From Abditibacteriaceae bacterium (lineage in GTDB: Bacteria > Armatimonadota > Abditibacteriia > Abditibacteriales > Abditibacteriaceae), in NCBI GenBank assembly GCA_031372065.1, contig JANMKN010000223.1:1-19903 (forward strand): DNA of 19,903 nt, in the 5' to 3' direction. Of this stretch, positions 17,127 through 19,903 are shown one piece after another; the stretch's first letter is position 1, and every line of letters begins with the position of its first letter. A program made the translations under genes and the position numbers. Under the pieces are notes generated by a model. It worked only from the letters and a program-made list of their open reading frames with translations, did not search any database and was not told the DNA's origin.

Positions 17127-18535
17127 GCCGACTGGCCATTCAAGACCTGCTAAAAGCGGGTGAATCACAGGATCGCGAGTTCAAACGCAATGCGGCGAAT
17201 TTGGACGCTATCGGCGCGTCGGTCTGTGCTTTTCTTAATACGGAAGGCGGCACCCTGCTCATTGGAGTGAGCGACGCCGGGCGCATTGAACCTGTGGTAG
17301 ACGCGGATGAGAAAATCGCTGCTATCCAATCTCATGTGCAAGAGCGTTTATCACCAAAGGCTTTGTGGTCAGTCACCAAGGAAGTGACGCCGCAAGGCGA
17401 AATACTAAGCGTAGACGTTCCATCGGGGCAAGACCGCCCTTATCTGTTCAAAGACAGAATTTATCTCCGTCAAGGCCCAAATTCGAGGGTAGCCAAGGCC
17501 GAAGAGATTCGTAAATTGGTGTTGGCACGCGCGGGAGAACCAACCCGTTGGGAACGACTGGCCGCGCCGGGATTGGAATTAACCGACCTTGATGTTATAG
17601 AAATCAAGACCACCTCTGACATGGCTCGCAAAGTTGGAGCATCAAGCGTCCGCCGTCCGCCTGAGAGTGTCACCGGCCCCATCGAATTTGAACAAATGCT
17701 GGCTGAATGGTCGTTGTGGCAATTCGGGGTATTAACGAATGGCGCTGCTGTGCTTTTTGCCAATAATCCTGCGCTACGTCTACCGCAGACTCGAATCCGG
17801 GCCAGTCGTTTCGAGACAGACAAAGGCGGCAATTTCATTGATGACCGGGTTTTTGAGGGACACGCTTTTGATGTGTTGGAGCAAGTTTTTTCCTTTGTTC
17901 GGCAGCACGTTCGCATCGAAGGTCATTTTGAATCCGCTGGTTACCAGCGTGAAGACCGCCCAGAATATCCTTTCGCGGCGTTACGCGAAGGGATCATTAA
18001 CGCCATTATCCATCGTGATTACGAATCTTTCTCCGGCGGGATGGCGATTGGCATTTATCCGCACCGTATCGAGATTTGGAATTATGGCAGGCTACCGGAT
18101 GGCTTAAGAGTGCAAGATTTAAAAAAGAGCCATCCTTCTCTCCCCTCAAATCCCGATATGGCGCACGTCTTTTACTTGCGTGGCTTCATCGAACGATTAG
18201 GGCGTGGAACACAAAAAATCGTGCAAGAGTGCGAAGCGGCGGGCCTTCCTTCGCCTACTTGGAAAGTTTCTGAGTCTGGGATTACCCTGACGTTCTTTGG
18301 CCGCCAGTCTATGGCGACTACCAAGCCCCTCAACAGTCGCCAGAAGGCTTTGCTGCAACGGCTCGAACCGAGTCAGATAATTCATCCTGCGGATTATTAC
18401 AAAGAGATGATTAACCAGATTAGCCAAAGACAAGCTCAACGCGACTTGACTGATCTCGAAAAAAGCGGCTGGCTAAAGAAAGAAGGCGATGGCCCAGCAA
18501 CTGTTTACCTCCGAACTGAGAAAGAAATGGAGTGA
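17123..18535 (+). CDS. AlbA_2 (Schlafen-like) + RecG-C/HATPase_c_4 + C-terminal wHTH protein
   Basis: GESQDREFK, CAFLNTEGGTLLIGVSD, YPFAALREGIINAIIHRDY, IERLGRGT and SQRQAQRDLTDL...GDGPATVY. ATGA overlap with the upstream gene. Confidence 0.88.
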   Translation: MSRLAIQDLLKAGESQDREFKRNAANLDAIGASVCAFLNTEGGTLLIGVSDAGRIEPVVDADEKIAAIQSHVQERLSPKALWSVTKEVTPQGEILSVDVPSGQDRPYLFKDRIYLRQGPNSRVAKAEEIRKLVLARAGEPTRWERLAAPGLELTDLDVIEIKTTSDMARKVGASSVRRPPESVTGPIEFEQMLAEWSLWQFGVLTNGAAVLFANNPALRLPQTRIRASRFETDKGGNFIDDRVFEGHAFDVLEQVFSFVRQHVRIEGHFESAGYQREDRPEYPFAALREGIINAIIHRDYESFSGGMAIGIYPHRIEIWNYGRLPDGLRVQDLKKSHPSLPSNPDMAHVFYLRGFIERLGRGTQKIVQECEAAGLPSPTWKVSESGITLTFFGRQSMATTKPLNSRQKALLQRLEPSQIIHPADYYKEMINQISQRQAQRDLTDLEKSGWLKKEGDGPATVYLRTEKEME

Positions 18536-18565
18536 TGTTTAGGACGCAAGTGTAGGAAACCAATA

Positions 18566-18711
18566 TACCCAGACATATCCAGACATGAATTTGTCTGGCG
18601 GGGCGGGGGGGGCCTCAAAAAATCGGGGTTTGCCTGCAATTTGTTCGACAAAACCAAGTATTTAATGCTCTTACAAGATGAAAAGAGCGAGAATCCAGAC
18701 AAATCCAGACA
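18566..18711. repeat. Cluster of CCAGACA motifs in the intergenic region
   Basis: TACCCAGACA TATCCAGACA (18566-18585), inverted TGTCTGG (18592-18598), and AATCCAGACA AATCCAGACA (18692-18711). Confidence 0.7.
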
Positions 18712-18840
18712 TTTGCCATGCCTTAAAAATACAGACTACAAGAGGAACCGATGTGAGTGGATGCTACCGAACATGGACGCCAATCTTTGAATGGATTGCT
18801 CTGATGTCACAAAAGTTATTTGGAAAGCGAAGGTAAACCA

Positions 18841-19644
18841 ATGAAAGATTCTCAACTGCTGGAAAAAATCAAGACCAAGCTGCACTCCAAATTTCCTGTG
18901 ACGGCACACACCAATGGTTATGTGGCGGATTGGAACGACAACCTGATTCCCGGCGTGTTCGCGGCGCAATTTGAAGCTGATTTAAGAGCAGGTGCCGGTC
19001 AGGAGTTGGAAGGCAAGTTTAAGGCGCTGCATTCGTCTTCGGCTTTGGCCGTCAACACCTTTGCGCCATTTAAACCCAATCCTGCCGATCTACGTTTTCA
19101 AGGCAAACAAGGCTTTACGCATTTGCAATTTGAGCAGCGCTTGCCAACAGGTCTGGGAGGCACACCGCCAAATCTTGATGTTTGGCTACAAAGCCCCGAT
19201 GGTGTTATCGCTATTGAGTCGAAGTTTCTCGAATACTTCACTCCCAAACAGGCTGAATATAATGCCAGTTACGTTCGCACCGCTCTGCCACAAGCCGACA
19301 ACGCATGGTGGGATGTTCTGCAATTTTCGCAAGCGGCAGGCAAGCAGTATCTCGACACCGCACAACTGGTCAAACACGCATTGGGCCTTTTGAAATATCA
19401 ACAAGACAATAAGCCGCTTTCGGCCACGCTGGTTTATTTGTTCTGGGAGCCAGTCAACGCCGCTGCCTTTGATGCCTGCCACCGACATCGCCAACAGATT
19501 CACGAATTAGCCACTCGCGTTGCCAATTCTCGTATCAAGTTTGAGGCGTTAAGTTACAACGAACTGTGGTCGCAATGGAACACGGTGCCGCACCTTGCCA
19601 CGCATCTGAGCCACTTGCGGGCGCGCTACGAAGTCGCAATTTGA
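18841..19644 (+). CDS. Putative PD-(D/E)XK restriction-type endonuclease (PGN_0703-like)
   Basis: LHSSSALAVNTF, FEQRLPTG, PNLDVWL...IAIESKFLE and QLVKH. ATG 18841, preceded by AAGGT, is preferred over TTG 18820. Confidence 0.7.
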   Translation: MKDSQLLEKIKTKLHSKFPVTAHTNGYVADWNDNLIPGVFAAQFEADLRAGAGQELEGKFKALHSSSALAVNTFAPFKPNPADLRFQGKQGFTHLQFEQRLPTGLGGTPPNLDVWLQSPDGVIAIESKFLEYFTPKQAEYNASYVRTALPQADNAWWDVLQFSQAAGKQYLDTAQLVKHALGLLKYQQDNKPLSATLVYLFWEPVNAAAFDACHRHRQQIHELATRVANSRIKFEALSYNELWSQWNTVPHLATHLSHLRARYEVAI

Positions 19645-19669
19645 CAAGCAAACAAAAGGAATTTTCTCA

Positions 19670-19903
19670 ATGCCATCTGAATTTTCTTGGATTCCGTTTT
19701 ACCGTGAAGTTGCCATAGAAGTCCTCAAACGTGAAACCAAACAAAGTGAACTTCTTGCTTTGCTGGCAGGGGCAGCCCGCAACGGTTTGAAAGTGATTTC
19801 GCTTGCGGACGAAGATGCAGCGAAAAACAAGATTCCATTAGCGGAAATTGACCCGTTCACCTTTTTCGCCGCATTCAATCGTGGTGGATGGGAAAACCGC
19901 AAA
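19670..19903 (+). CDS. N-terminus of a probable McrB-like AAA+ restriction protein (runs off the window)
   Basis: Manual translation MPSEFSWIPFYREVAIEVLKRE...IDPFTFFAAFNRG, with AAGGA Shine-Dalgarno at 19656-19660. I recall FxWIPFY and IDPFTFF...FNRG from McrB-like N-termini, but the AAA domain is not visible here. Confidence 0.6.
   Translation, partial: MPSEFSWIPFYREVAIEVLKRETKQSELLALLAGAARNGLKVISLADEDAAKNKIPLAEIDPFTFFAAFNRGGWENRK

Noticed and set aside
397..19902. The many short overlapping or antisense ORFs in the track (e.g. 3917-4363, 11521-12093, 13597-14193, 19699-19902)
   Set aside because: They are shadows of long, motif-supported genes in moderately GC-rich DNA and have no recognisable motifs. 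The ORF ending at 12901 is the one exception.

Overview
The window begins at the right end of an IS903-like (IS5 family) element that cuts off the 5' end of a phage large terminase gene. A defence island follows. Its core is DISARM-related: a 1780-aa YprA/DUF1998 helicase with a C-terminal nuclease-like domain, a SNF2 helicase and a large N6-adenine methyltransferase. An antisense PIN/RHH toxin-antitoxin pair sits between the SNF2 and methyltransferase genes. Downstream are a HigBA-like pair with a nonsense-mutated toxin, a DUF4062 + AlbA_2/Schlafen pair, a PD-(D/E)XK nuclease and the start of a probable McrB-like gene. The most unusual feature is a ~450-bp insert in the methyltransferase gene. 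It encodes a complete four-helix-bundle (23S rRNA IVS-type) protein in the +1 frame, is bracketed by complementary 7-nt repeat arrays that can form a long stem, and leaves the host frame open. The methyltransferase 3' end also occurs three times, each copy followed by different sequence. All family calls come from motif recognition by eye; no database searches were run.
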